DNA of 61,265 nucleotides from Candidatus Acidiferrales bacterium (GCA_050747305.1 JBOGNS010000009.1:1-61265); one strand, 5' to 3'. Counted from the first letter of the stretch, positions 46,231-56,700 are shown. Notes: generated by a model not told the origin, from the sequence alone. Numbers and translations are program-made.

Positions 46231-48819
46231 CTACAGCGGCACGCGGCGCAGACGCAGCGCGTTCATAATGACGGAAACGGAGCTGAACGTCATCGCCACG
46301 CTGGCGATCATCGGGCTCAGCAGCAAACCAAAAAAAGGATACAACACGCCCGCCGCAATCGGCACGCCCAGCAAATTGTATATGAACGCGAAAAACAAAT
46401 TCTGGCGGATATTGCGCATCACCGCCCGGCTCAACCGTCGCGCGCGCACAATTCCATTCAAGTCGCCCTTCACCAACGTCACCGACGCGCTTTCCATGGC
46501 CACGTCCGTGCCCGTCCCCATGGCGATGCCAGCGTCGGCCTGCGCCAGCGCCGGCGCATCGTTGATGCCATCGCCCGCCATGGCCACGCGGCGCCCTTCG
46601 CTTTGCAGCTTTTTCACCGCCTCCACCTTGTGCTCCGGCAACACTTCCGCTTCGAACTGGTCGATGCCCAGCCGCCGCGCCACCGATTCCGCCGTCGCGC
46701 GATTGTCTCCTGTGAGCATCACAACCTTTACGTCCTCCGCGTGCAATGCGTCGATGGCGCGCGGCGTGCTCTCCTTGATCGGATCGCTCACGCCCAGCAG
46801 CCCGGCCGGCCGCCCATCGATGGCCACGAACATCACCGTCTGCCCCTCGCGCTGCAGCGGCCCCGCCTTCGCTGCAAACCTTCCATCGCTCGCGCCGACT
46901 TCCTCGAGCAACCGCGCGTTGCCCACCGCTACCGCTTTGCCTTCCACCGTCGCGCTCACGCCTTTGCCCGTGAACGAACGAAAATCGTCCGCGCGCGCCA
47001 GCGCCACTCCTTTTTCTCTTGCGCCCGCCACAATCGCGGCGGCCAGCGGATGTTCGCTGGCCTGCTCCAGGCTGGCCGCCAGCCGCAGCAGCATCGCTTC
47101 GTCGAAACTATCGAGCGGCTGCACCGTGACCAGCTTCGGCTTGCCTTCGGTCAGCGTGCCGGTCTTATCGATCACCAGCGTATCAATTTTCTCCAGCACC
47201 TCGAGCGCCTCCGCGTTTCGCACCAGCACGCCGGCTTGCGCCCCGCGCCCCGTGCCTACCATGATGGACATCGGCGTGGCCAGTCCCAGCGCGCACGGGC
47301 ACGCGATAATCAGCACCGCCACCGCATTCACCAGTGCGTGTGCCATGCGCGGCTCCGGGCCAAAGAGGCCCCACACAATCGCCGTGGCCACCGCCACCAG
47401 CACCACCGCCGGCACGAACCACGCAGACACCGTGTCCGCCAGCCGCTGGATTGGCGCGCGCGACCGCTGTGCCTCGCTCACCAGGCGCACGATTTGCGCC
47501 AGCAGCATGTCGGCGCCCACGCGCTCCGCTTCCATCACAAAGCCGCCGGTCGCGTTCACTGTGCCGCCCGTGACTTTGCTTCCCGGCTGCTTCTCCACGG
47601 GCATCGACTCGCCGGTCACCATGGATTCATCCACCGCGCTGCGCCCTTCGCGCACCCTGCCATCCACCGGAACTTTCTCGCCCGGGCGCACGCGCAGCAT
47701 GTCGCCGGGATGCACTTGCTCCAGCGGCACATCGCGCTCTTCTCCGCTCGCATCAATCAGCCGCGCCGTCTTCGGCGCCAGTCCCAGCAGCGCGCGGATC
47801 GCGCTCGAAGTCTGGCTGCGCGCGCGCAACTCCAGCACTTGTCCCAGCAGCACCAGCGTCACAATTACCGCCGCTGGTTCGAAGTACACCGCTGGCAAAC
47901 CAGTACGAGGATCTCGAAACGACTCGGGGAACGCAGCGGGAAACAACACTGCGGCTACGCTGAAGAAATACGCCGCGGCCACTCCCAGCGCGATCAGCGT
48001 GAACATGTTCAGGCTGCGGTTCACCACCGACTGCCAGCCGCGCACAAAAAACGGCCAGCCGCCCCACAACACCACCGGCGTTGCCAGCGCAAACTGCAGC
48101 CACACCGCGCCCGCGCCCAGCCACACCTGCAGCGGCTTGCCCGGCAACATCTCGGAGATCATCAGCGCCAGAATCGGCGCCGTCAGCGCCGCACTCACCC
48201 AGAAGCGCCGCGACATCTCGCGCAACTCCGGATTCTCTTCCTCCGCCGTCACCGTGCGCGGCTCCAGCGCCATCCCGCAAATGGGGCACGACCCCGGTTC
48301 GGTGCGCACAATCTCGGGATGCATCGGGCAGGTCCACTCCGTGCGCGTCATTGGTGGTGCGACCGTCGCAGGTTCCAACGCCATTCCGCACTTCGGACAC
48401 GCGCCCGGCCCCTTCTGCCGCACCTCGGGATCCATCGGGCAGGTGTACTCGATTTCGCTCGCGCGATGTAGGACAGGCACTCCTGCCTGTCCGCCTTTCT
48501 TGTGCTCACCGGTAACGCGACGCGCGCCCCGCCCCGTGGCCTGGGTCACGTCTTCCTGCGAAGCGTGTGTTGCTCCACGCTGTTCGTGCTCGCCTGCGCC
48601 GTGCGACGATTCGTCGGGCTTTCCCTTGGCTGCTGCCCTCGCGGCGTAACGCTCTGGCTCCGCCTCAAACTTAGCCAAGCAATGCTTGCTGCAAAAATAG
48701 TAGGTCTGCCCGGCGTGCGTCGCCGTGCCCGCCGCCTTCGCCGGGTCCACCGTCATCCCGCACACCGGATCAATGGCCGCAGCCTTCCCCTGCGACGGAT
48801 GCATCGGCAAATCTCTCAT
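46231..48819 (-). CDS. copA: copper-type P1B heavy-metal translocating ATPase
   Basis: 862 aa. CPC metal site ([13 protein letters not shown]), [16 protein letters not shown]-terminal YHS/TRASH-like CGMTVDP...YYFCSKHC plus two YTCPM-x-PE...CPxCGMALEP modules. No MxCxxC motif. Confidence 0.9.
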   Translation of the reverse strand: MRDLPMHPSQGKAAAIDPVCGMTVDPAKAAGTATHAGQTYYFCSKHCLAKFEAEPERYAARAAAKGKPDESSHGAGEHEQRGATHASQEDVTQATGRGARRVTGEHKKGGQAGVPVLHRASEIEYTCPMDPEVRQKGPGACPKCGMALEPATVAPPMTRTEWTCPMHPEIVRTEPGSCPICGMALEPRTVTAEEENPELREMSRRFWVSAALTAPILALMISEMLPGKPLQVWLGAGAVWLQFALATPVVLWGGWPFFVRGWQSVVNRSLNMFTLIALGVAAAYFFSVAAVLFPAAFPESFRDPRTGLPAVYFEPAAVIVTLVLLGQVLELRARSQTSSAIRALLGLAPKTARLIDASGEERDVPLEQVHPGDMLRVRPGEKVPVDGRVREGRSAVDESMVTGESMPVEKQPGSKVTGGTVNATGGFVMEAERVGADMLLAQIVRLVSEAQRSRAPIQRLADTVSAWFVPAVVLVAVATAIVWGLFGPEPRMAHALVNAVAVLIIACPCALGLATPMSIMVGTGRGAQAGVLVRNAEALEVLEKIDTLVIDKTGTLTEGKPKLVTVQPLDSFDEAMLLRLAASLEQASEHPLAAAIVAGAREKGVALARADDFRSFTGKGVSATVEGKAVAVGNARLLEEVGASDGRFAAKAGPLQREGQTVMFVAIDGRPAGLLGVSDPIKESTPRAIDALHAEDVKVVMLTGDNRATAESVARRLGIDQFEAEVLPEHKVEAVKKLQSEGRRVAMAGDGINDAPALAQADAGIAMGTGTDVAMESASVTLVKGDLNGIVRARRLSRAVMRNIRQNLFFAFIYNLLGVPIAAGVLYPFFGLLLSPMIASVAMTFSSVSVIMNALRLRRVPL
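48468..48492. repeat. REP hairpin GTAGGACAGGCACTCCTGCCTGTCC inside the copA coding frame
   Basis: Identical 25-mer to those at 14183 and 24222. On the minus strand it is translated as [10 protein letters not shown], between the YHS-like domain and the first CPxCGM module. Confidence 0.85.
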
Positions 48820-48869
48820 GCGCCTCTTTCCTCGTTCTTCCGCAAGCCACCCTTATCAGCCGGCGCGCC

Positions 48870-48895
48870 GTGTGGAGTGCGGCGGCTTGTTTACC
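48870..48895. repeat. truncated GGAGTGCGGCGGC-family REP
   Basis: GTGTGGAGTGCGGCGGCTTGTTTAC. Compare the full copy at 49368-49400. Confidence 0.6.
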
Positions 48896-48989
48896 CTTCG
48901 TTCGCTGGAAGCCAACGAAGCTCCTGCCGCCTTCTGAGCGGCCGAGTGCCCAGTCCCGCAGCCCAAGTCCCTCATTATATAATCGCCGC

Positions 48990-49364
48990 GTGACTCGTCC
49001 CGACGCCGCGCACCGCATCAAAAGCTACTCCAGCGAAACCGGCTACACCTTCCAATACTACTTCCACGAGGTCAACAAATCGCGTCGCGGCTTCGCAGCC
49101 GGCAATGAATACGTCTTCATGATTTCCGCCGACCGCAAAACGATGTTCCCACTGCGCATTTTCGTCCGCGCCGACGCGGTGCGCCGCTGGGGCCAGCAGG
49201 TCGGACGCCCGTTGAGCGGCACCGAGGAATACGCCGCAGCCAAGATGCGCCTGTTTCAGGCGCTCGACGAAGTCGAAGCGCTGGCACAATCACCGCCGCA
49301 GGCCCCTGAGCTGGAAGTGAACAGCTCCAATCTCGACGACCTGCTGCGCCGCCTCGACATTTGA
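48990..49364 (+). CDS. hypothetical protein
   Basis: 124 aa from the GTG at 48990 (VTRPDAAHRIKSYSSETGYTFQYYFHEVNK...). The longer ORF from 48870 runs through REP sequence. A perfect TATAAT lies at 48978-83. Confidence 0.45.
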   Translation: MTRPDAAHRIKSYSSETGYTFQYYFHEVNKSRRGFAAGNEYVFMISADRKTMFPLRIFVRADAVRRWGQQVGRPLSGTEEYAAAKMRLFQALDEVEALAQSPPQAPELEVNSSNLDDLLRRLDI

Positions 49365-49367
49365 ACA

Positions 49368-49400
49368 TGGAGTGCGGCGGCTTGCCGCCGCTTTGTTTAC
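49368..49400. repeat. REP hairpin TGGAGTGCGGCGGC-TT-GCCGCCGCTTTGTTTAC
   Basis: Stem GCGGCGGC/GCCGCCGC read directly. Confidence 0.75.
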
Positions 49401-49552
49401 AGCTCGCTGAGAACGATACTTGGCCTACACCCGGGACATCAGACTCTGCACTGCTAAGCGGAGTGCTCGTCGGTCGCATCACAGTGAACCAAAAACTACA
49501 CGGCGGCGTCTTTCCCATGGGAGCCAGAGTCGCGAGAAGCTTCGCGCCCAAC

Positions 49553-50089
49553 ATGAATGCCGTGGCACACGTCTTGCCGGAGCGCCTGGTGAGCCTGGAC
49601 ACTGCGCTCGAGCGCGAATTTGAAGAGCGGCTCGCCGACTCCAGCTCGCTGGCCTTCCGCGTCGCGCTCGGCGTGCTGCGCAACCGCGCCGACGCGGAAG
49701 AAGTGGCGCAGGAGAGTTTCGTGCGCGCTTACCGCGCCTTCGCCGGCCTGCGTGACCGCGAAAAATTTCGCGGCTGGCTGGTGCGCATCGTGTGGCGGCT
49801 GGCGCTCGACCGCATTCGCGCGCAAAAGCGTCGCGAGCGTCGCGAGCTGGCTGCGTTGCGCGAGCCGGCCCCGCCAACGGTGGAAGACGTGGCCGCCTCG
49901 CGCGAATTTCACAATCGCCTGGCCGCTGCCATCGCGCAATTGCCTGAGAAGTTGCGCATGGTGCTGATCCTCGCCGCCGTGCAAGGCCACGACACTGCCG
50001 AAGTCGCGCAGATGCTTGCGCTCCCCGAAGGCACGGTGAAATCCCGCTTGCATCTGGCCCGCAAGCGGCTCACGGAGGTATTGCGATGA
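49553..50089 (+). CDS. ECF-type RNA polymerase sigma-70 family factor
   Basis: Region 2 (AEEVAQESFVRAYRAF...FRGWLVRIVWRLALDRIR) and region 4 (LPEKLRMVLILAAVQGHDTAEVAQMLALPEGTVKSRLHLARKRL). Start at 49553, or alternatively 49517. Confidence 0.8.
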   Translation: MNAVAHVLPERLVSLDTALEREFEERLADSSSLAFRVALGVLRNRADAEEVAQESFVRAYRAFAGLRDREKFRGWLVRIVWRLALDRIRAQKRRERRELAALREPAPPTVEDVAASREFHNRLAAAIAQLPEKLRMVLILAAVQGHDTAEVAQMLALPEGTVKSRLHLARKRLTEVLR

Positions 50090-50814
50090 ACTGCCAAGAT
50101 TATCGCGACGCACTCACCGGCGCCGCCCTCGACCCCCAAGCCGATGCCGCGCCCCGCGCCTCGCGCGATGCCGCTCTGCGCGCGCATCTCGATGCGTGCG
50201 CAGCCTGCCGCGCCGAACTCGGCCGCCTCACCGCACTCACCGCTGCCATCGATGCCGGCCTCGCGCAAATCGTCAGCGCAGACCCGTCTCCCGCCTTCGC
50301 CGCCCGCGTCCGCTCCCGCCTCGCAGAGCGAGCCGAAGAACGCGCTTCTCGCTGGCATGCGTGGGCGCCTGCCCTCGCCGGTGCGCTCACTGCGGCCGTG
50401 TTGATCGCATGGTTTGTGACGCGCTTCGCCTCGGAGCCGGACTCCCCTTCCCAAACAGCCATCGCTCGCCCGCCTACACAGATTGCGCCCCACCACGGCG
50501 AGCCTCCGAGACTCGTAGCTCCGTTGCCAAACAAATTGAATGGCACGGGCCGCAACCGCCGGCCCCGAGTGCGTGCGCTGCGCCCCGCGCCTGTGAGTAA
50601 CGAGCCTGCCTTGCTTCCTGTGCTGGTGTCGGGCGACGAATGGCAACAGGTCGCCAAGCTCTACGCGCTCGTGCAAAGCGGCCAGGCCGATGCGGAGACA
50701 CTTGCACCGCCGGATTCGGCGCCATTGGCTGAAAAATTCCAGCCGCTGGTAATTGCGCCGATGGATCCCATCAAGCTTCTGGACGCAAAACCGTTGCACG
50801 CGCAGCCGGATTGA
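50086..50814 (+). CDS. anti-sigma factor (zf-HC2 type, single TM)
   Basis: ATGA overlap with the sigma gene. HLDACAACRAEL matches H-x3-C-x2-C. TM segment WAPALAGALTAAVLIAWFV. Confidence 0.7.
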   Translation: MNCQDYRDALTGAALDPQADAAPRASRDAALRAHLDACAACRAELGRLTALTAAIDAGLAQIVSADPSPAFAARVRSRLAERAEERASRWHAWAPALAGALTAAVLIAWFVTRFASEPDSPSQTAIARPPTQIAPHHGEPPRLVAPLPNKLNGTGRNRRPRVRALRPAPVSNEPALLPVLVSGDEWQQVAKLYALVQSGQADAETLAPPDSAPLAEKFQPLVIAPMDPIKLLDAKPLHAQPD

Positions 50815-50873
50815 ACCAGCGGCCAGCGCGCGGAGTCTTGCTGGTGGAGGATGCAACTCTAAGGAGTGAGAAA

Positions 50874-51449
50874 ATGAGATGCACACACGCGGTGCTTTTG
50901 CTGACGGCAACCCTAATCGGCGCGGGCGCGTACGGCCAGGAAAAACCTGCGGCCGAAAAGCAGATGCCGGTACCTCTCATTATCCAAGTAGTTTTCACCG
51001 AGTACGAGGGCGAGAAAAAGATCAGCAGCCTCCCTTATTCAATGCCTGTGAACACAGAGGTGGGAAGTGCTCGTCCCTACTATCAGTTGCGCATGGGCGT
51101 CCGCGTCCCGCTCACAGTGTCCGGCAAAGACGACGCGGCGCCGCGAATTCAGTACATGGATGTGGGAACCGACATTGATTGCCGGGCGCGAAGCCGTGAG
51201 GCTGGATACTTCGAGGTTGACTTACAGCTCGAGCGCAGCTCCATCTACTCTGTCGGGGGCGATGGTAAGCACATGGAATGGGACCCCGACGATCGCCTTG
51301 GGGTAGCCCCGCAGCCCATTATCCGGCGATATCGCTCGACGATGGAGCTGCTGATGAAAGATGGGCAGACAATTCGGCGCTCCATCGCAACCGATCCGCT
51401 CAGCGGCCGCGTGCTCAAAGTGGATGTCACCCTCAACGTTGTGAAGTAG
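50874..51449 (+). CDS. hypothetical secreted protein
   Basis: AAGGAG, a spacer, then the ATG at 50874. Signal peptide MRCTHAVLLLTATLIGAGAYGQE. Confidence 0.6.
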   Translation: MRCTHAVLLLTATLIGAGAYGQEKPAAEKQMPVPLIIQVVFTEYEGEKKISSLPYSMPVNTEVGSARPYYQLRMGVRVPLTVSGKDDAAPRIQYMDVGTDIDCRARSREAGYFEVDLQLERSSIYSVGGDGKHMEWDPDDRLGVAPQPIIRRYRSTMELLMKDGQTIRRSIATDPLSGRVLKVDVTLNVVK

Positions 51450-51460
51450 TTCGCAACGCC

Positions 51461-51491
51461 GTGTGGAGTGCGGCGGCTGGCCGCCGTTCTC
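51461..51491. repeat. GGAGTGCGGCGGC-family REP
   Basis: GTGTGGAGTGCGGCGGCTGGCCGCCGTTCTC. Confidence 0.65.
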
Positions 51492-51492
51492 C

Positions 51493-51524
51493 CCGGCAGG
51501 AGCTTGCTCCTGCCGGTTTCGTTT
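51493..51524 (+). terminator. intrinsic terminator
   Basis: CCGGCAGGAG-CTTG-CTCCTGCCGG is a 10-bp perfect stem, followed by TTTCGTTTG. Confidence 0.7.
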
Positions 51525-51631
51525 GCCGCGGAGTTAGCCCGCGAATCCATCCACGACCCGCAGAGCGCCGCGCCGTATCCGCATCGCCCGTGGGGCCAAT
51601 GATGTAAAATGCGCGTTCGCTTCACGGAGGC

Positions 51632-52339
51632 GTGAGCTTGCCCGCGAAAATCAGCGCGCGAAGAAAACTCAAGCCCGGGGCAGGGCGCATGAGAGAGCGG
51701 GGCACGCATCCGCGGCGCGTGCGCGCCATCCTCGAAAAGCTTGACGCGGCATATCCGGACGCGCACTGCGAGCTGAATCACAAGAATGCTTTTCAATTGC
51801 TGGTGGCCACGATTCTCTCCGCGCAGTGTACCGACGTGCGTGTGAACATGGTCACGCCCGGCCTGTTCGAGAAGTATCCCGTGCCGGACCGCTTGGCCTA
51901 TGCAAACCCGCGAGACATCGAAGAGGAAATCCGCTCCACGGGCTTCTTTCGCGCCAAAACCAAATCCATCATGGGGGCCTGCAAGCGCATCGTGGAAGAA
52001 TTTGGCGGTAAAGTGCCGAAAACGATGGAGGAGATTCTCACGCTGCCCGGCGTGTCGCGAAAAACTGCCAACGTGGTGCTCGGCACGGCTTACGGCATTC
52101 CCTCCGGCGTAGTCGTGGATACGCACATGCTCCGCGTGGCCAAGCGCCTCGACCTCACTCGCCACAACGAGCCTAAGAAAGTCGAGCAAGACTTGATGAA
52201 AGTGATCCCGCAAGATCGCTGGATCCAATTCTCTCACCAGATTATCTGGCACGGCCGCCGCCGCTGCTCCGCCCGTAAACCCAACTGCCCCGACTGCAAC
52301 CTCGAACGCGTCTGCTACGCGAAGGACAAGACTGTTTAG
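51632..52339 (+). CDS. nth: endonuclease III
   Basis: HhH-GPD motif (LPGVSRKTANVVLG, VVDTH). [4Fe-4S] motif CSARKPNCPDCNLERVC matches C-x6-C-x2-C-x5-C. The start may be the internal ATG at 51689. Confidence 0.9.
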   Translation: MSLPAKISARRKLKPGAGRMRERGTHPRRVRAILEKLDAAYPDAHCELNHKNAFQLLVATILSAQCTDVRVNMVTPGLFEKYPVPDRLAYANPRDIEEEIRSTGFFRAKTKSIMGACKRIVEEFGGKVPKTMEEILTLPGVSRKTANVVLGTAYGIPSGVVVDTHMLRVAKRLDLTRHNEPKKVEQDLMKVIPQDRWIQFSHQIIWHGRRRCSARKPNCPDCNLERVCYAKDKTV

Positions 52340-52356
52340 TGCGAAGCAGGGTCAAA

Positions 52357-52510
52357 GGTTGAAAGTTGAAGGTTGAAATGTTGAAAGCTAGCTGACAGCT
52401 CACAGCCGACAGCTTTCAGCCTGAAGTCAGCATTTCGCTTTTGGCCTGCTGTAATCTGTCGACTGCGAGCTGTCAGCTTCGTTTGAGTTCTGCGTTCATA
52501 GTTCTGCGTT
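52357..52510. repeat. intergenic repeat cluster
   Basis: Four GTTGAA units at 7-8-bp spacing (52358-52385). A 12-bp perfect inverted repeat AGCTGACAGCTC / GAGCTGTCAGCT (52390-401 and 52467-478). A direct repeat AGTTCTGCGTT x2 (52486-96 and 52500-10). Confidence 0.65.
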
Positions 52511-52543
52511 GTTGAGTTTCCTCTACACCCCGGCCTTTGCCCC

Positions 52544-52552
52544 TGTTATATT
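52544..52552 (+). promoter_or_regulatory. extended -10 promoter candidate (TGTTATATT)
   Basis: TGn plus TATATT, 28 nt upstream of the ATG at 52580, which itself has an AGGAG Shine-Dalgarno sequence. Confidence 0.3.
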
Positions 52553-52579
52553 CCCGTCACCACAGCCCAGGAGCGGCGG

Positions 52580-53089
52580 ATGGAACTCGTCACCGGCAAG
52601 GAAATCGCCACGCGCATCAGCGGCCTGATCAGCGCCAAGCACCAGGTGCACGCCTACACGGTGGATGTCACTGTGATGATGATTCATTCCGTGGACCCCA
52701 CCGGGCGCGTGGACTTCGGCGGCAGCGAATACATCCCCGCCGGGAAGATGCCCATCGCCCCGCAGCGCCACAATCTCGAAGACAAATACATGTGGTGGGA
52801 TCTTGGCCGCGGCTCGTACTTCGTGGAATTCAACGAATCGGTCGAGCTCACGCCGGAAGAGTTCGGGTACCTGGAAGCCGACGACCGCCTGATTCGTGCC
52901 GGCGCCACACTCGCGCCTCTGTATCTCCGCGGCCGCGCTGCCCCGTTGGAGACGCTGCTGACACTCGAGACCGTGCGCCTGCAAATCAAGCAGAACGCCC
53001 GTATCGCCCGCATCCGCATCTTCCGCGGGCCATCCGCGACCGGGCAAGCTGCCGTTTCCAAATCGCCGGGTCCGCGCAAGAAAAAGTAG
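52580..53089 (+). CDS. dUTPase/dCTP-deaminase-fold-like protein (tentative)
   Basis: 169 aa. The pattern LGRGSYFVEFNESVELTPEEFGYLEADDRLIRAGATL...QNARIARIRIF resembles the dCTP deaminase/dUTPase beta-barrel family. This was not verified. Confidence 0.4.
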   Translation: MELVTGKEIATRISGLISAKHQVHAYTVDVTVMMIHSVDPTGRVDFGGSEYIPAGKMPIAPQRHNLEDKYMWWDLGRGSYFVEFNESVELTPEEFGYLEADDRLIRAGATLAPLYLRGRAAPLETLLTLETVRLQIKQNARIARIRIFRGPSATGQAAVSKSPGPRKKK

Positions 53090-53118
53090 TGCACAAATCA
53101 AATAAGGAGACCAAGCGC

Positions 53119-53676
53119 ATGGTTGATCTGACTGCATTATGGCTGCCGATTCTGCTTTCGTCGGTCATCGTCTTCGTTGCCAGCTCCGTTCTTCACATGG
53201 TGATTCCGTACCATCGCAGCGATTATCAGAAGCTGCCGGACGAAGAAAAGCTGCTGGAAGCCATGCGCAACGCCGGCGTGGCGCCTGGCAACTATCACTT
53301 CCCCCATTGCACCCACAAGGAAATGAAGTCTCCCGAGGTTCAGGAGAAAATCAAGCGCGGCCCTGTCGGATTGTTGAACGTTATCCCCAGCGGCCCGCCC
53401 AACATGGGGAAGTATCTCGGGCAGTGGTTTCTGCTTTGCCTACTGATCGGCGTGTTCGTGGCTTATGTGGCCGGACGCACCCTCGCGCCGGGCACGGACT
53501 ACCTTGCCGTCTTCCGCATTGCTGGTACCGTAGCCTTTGTGGCCTACGCGGGCGGCCAGTTGAGCGACTCCATCTGGAAGGGCCAGCGCTGGCGTGTAAC
53601 CGCGAAGCACGTCGTCGACTCCCTGATTTACGCGCTGCTTATCGCCGGCACCTTCGGCTGGCTCTGGCCGCGCTAA
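53119..53676 (+). CDS. hypothetical integral membrane protein
   Basis: AAGGAG, then the ATG at 53119. 185 aa with about 4 hydrophobic helices. Confidence 0.6.
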   Translation: MVDLTALWLPILLSSVIVFVASSVLHMVIPYHRSDYQKLPDEEKLLEAMRNAGVAPGNYHFPHCTHKEMKSPEVQEKIKRGPVGLLNVIPSGPPNMGKYLGQWFLLCLLIGVFVAYVAGRTLAPGTDYLAVFRIAGTVAFVAYAGGQLSDSIWKGQRWRVTAKHVVDSLIYALLIAGTFGWLWPR

Positions 53677-53744
53677 GGCCGCGGGCAAAAGGCAAGCAGG
53701 GAAACCATTGGCTCCGGCCCGCCACGCCGGAAAGTGCGGCCGCG

Positions 53745-56700
53745 TCACGGCTCCATCGTCGTCTTGATCTGGCCTGTGGGCTCTTTCCACCACCAGAATG
53801 GAGGAAGGTCTTTCTGCGCAGGCCACACTTGCTTCAGCGTGTCGGCTTCGAACAGTTCGCCATTTTTCATCACGTAGCGAACGGTGTTGGTGTTCTTGAT
53901 GTCGTCGAGCGGATTTTTCGCCAGCACTACCAAATCCGCCAGCTTGCCCTGCTCGATGCTGCCGAGATCCTGCCGCAGCCCGATGATATCTGCGCCATCC
54001 ATGGTGGCCGCGCGCAACACTTCGCGCGGCGTCATGTCGCCGGAGGCCAGCGACCACATTTCCCAGTGGTAGCCCAGCCCCTGCAATTGGCCGTGCCCGC
54101 CCACGCCGACCCGCCCGCCGGCGCGCTGGATCTTCGCGGCCTGTGCCGCTGCTTTAGGGAACGAGTGTTCATCCACGTGGAACCACGGCCGCCGCCGCGT
54201 TTTGTCGTCGAGCTCGTTGTGCGGCGTGAACCGCGCCAGCTTGCTGTTGCCGTGAACGTCGGTCGTCTCGTAGTAATAGTTCTCCGCCCACGGTCCGCCG
54301 TAGAGCACCAGCAGCGTCGGCGTATACGACGTTTTCGATTGCGCGAACAGCTCGACCACATCCTTATATAGGGGCACGATGGGCAGCGTGTGCTCATTGC
54401 CGCCGAAGCCGTCAATCGCATGCGTCATATCCAACCGCAGATCCAGAGCGCCCTCGGTGGTGACCGTCAGCCCCAGCTCGTTCGCCGCCTGTATCACGAA
54501 TTGCCGCTGCTTGCGGTTGCCCACGACGTAGGATTTTAGATTGTCGTTGCGGTAGTGCTTCTTGTACTTCTCGAGGTAGAACTTCGCCGCTTCCGGCGTC
54601 TGGAAGTCCGTGTAACCGAACACGCCCGGCCCCGTGGAGTAAGCGCGCGGCCCCAGCATCATGCCGGCTTCCACCAGATCGAAGTAGGTCAGATAGTCGT
54701 TGGTGGACGTCTGCACATCCAGCCCGGCGGTGACGCCGTACGCCAGGTTCGCGAGGAAGCTCCAGTTGTACGTTTCCAGCACGCCTTCCGTGCGCATCTC
54801 GTAGTGCGCGTGGGTATCGATAAAGCCGGGCACGATGTACGCGCCATTGACGTCAATAACCTTCGCGCCTGCGGGCACGTTCACCTTGCCGCGTGCGCCG
54901 ACTCCAGCGATGCGGTTCTCGGTTACTACCACGTCGGCATTCGCGAGCACTTCCTCGCCCTTCATGGTGATCACTGTGGCGCCGCGCAGCACCACCGTGC
55001 CTTGCGGCTTGTGACGGGGGAACTCCAGCGCCACTTCGAACGACTCCACGCCCTTCTCCGCTTCCCGTGGCTTCTTGGCTTCCTTCTTTTTCTCGTCTTT
55101 CTTTTCTTCTTTCTTTTCGCCTTCCTGCTTGGCGGTGCCCTCCGGCTTGGCCTCTCCTTTCTTGGCGGCGTCGCCTTCCGGCTTGGCCTCGCCCTCTTTC
55201 TTCTCTTCATCTTCTTTTTTCGGTGGGTCGAATGCGATGGAATCAAACGGCCGCCGGAAAAACGTCGCGCCCACTGCCCAGGTCACCGTCTTGCCGCCAT
55301 CGGCCCACGCAAACGAATCCGCGCCGATATCCGTCAACTGCTTCGACGGCACGGAAGGTGACGCCACGTTGACCGCCGGCGCGTCGTTGCCGCCAATCAC
55401 CGGCACGGCCAGCACGTAAAGCTCGTTGAACACGTTGGCCAGCGCCCAGCGTCCATCCGGACTTACCAGCGCGTCAAATGCCGGCGGTGGCTGCTGCTGG
55501 CCCGGTAGCGGCTTGCCCGTGATCTTGATGTGCGACCTTCGATCGGTGCCGTCGTAGCGCATCGAAACGATCCCGTCGCGCGAGTACAAGTAAATCCGAT
55601 CCTTCTCCTTCGAGAAGTGCGGCTGGCCCAGCCCGCGCGCCGGCACGATCATCGTCACGTTGCCGCCGGTGGCCGGCAGCCACACCACGTCCAGCGGGAT
55701 GCGCAGCCCGCCGAACTCGCTCGGCGACTGCGTGCGCATCCACGCGTTGCCGCGGCGCGCCACCAGCCGCTCGCCATCCGGCGAGTACGCCAAGTCGGTG
55801 TAGAACGCCGCCACATTCGTCAGCTTCTGCAAGCCCGAGCCATCCGCGCGAATGCGCCAGATGTGCCCGTCACCCTCGTAATCCCACGTCACAAACGCGA
55901 TCCACTGCCCGTCCGGCGACCACACCGGCTTGAACTCGAACGCGCTATCGCCGGTCAGCCGGCGCGGTTTACCCTGAGCGGCGCCTGGCGACGCGAAGGG
56001 CTTCCCGTCGGGAATATCCATCACGTACAGCTTGGTCATCGCCGAAAACACCACGCGCTTGCCATCCGGCGATTGCTTCGGATCCTGAATCAGCCGCGAG
56101 CGCACCGGCCCTTCTTCCACGCGCCGCTGATAGCTTTGCAGCGGCCCCAGATCCAGCGCCACCTTCGCGGTGAACGGCACTACGCGCGACTCGCCGTTCT
56201 CCACGCGCACGCGGTTGATTTTGCCGCCGAACGTCACCACCACTTCGCGCCCGTCTGGTGTGAAGGCATAGCCAGGCAGCAGGTCGCGCGTGCCCGCGCT
56301 TTCCATGTCGTCGCGCTGAATCGGATACTTCAGCCAGCGGTCTTCGCCGCTATCGAGATTGCGGATGCGCAGTCCGGTCTGCGTTTCGAAGCGCGTGGCA
56401 TACACCAGCCACCTGCCGTCCGGCGAAAGCACCGGACGGATTGCGCCACCGCCGGCCTGCGTGATGGTATCCACATCCCCGGTTTCCATATCGCGACGCG
56501 CGATCTGCCAGCCAAAGTCCATCTGGTTGTAGACGCTGGTGCCGCCGCGCTTCTGCGCGTAGTAAAGGTAGCGATTATCGGGAGAAAACGCCGCGCCTTG
56601 CCGCACCGGCTGCGCTGCCTGCGCCGGGGGGCCGCCTGGTCCCGCCGCTGGCGGCCGGCCACTGCCAGTGATGTTGATGCCCGAGCCGCCCATCACGTGG

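Noticed and set aside
46196-48649. 817-aa and 622-aa plus-strand ORFs (46196-48649 and 46603-48471)
   Set aside because: They are antisense to copA. Their products are Ser/Ala/Thr/Pro- or Arg/His-rich low-complexity sequence, whereas the minus strand shows DKTGT, CPC and GDGINDAP.
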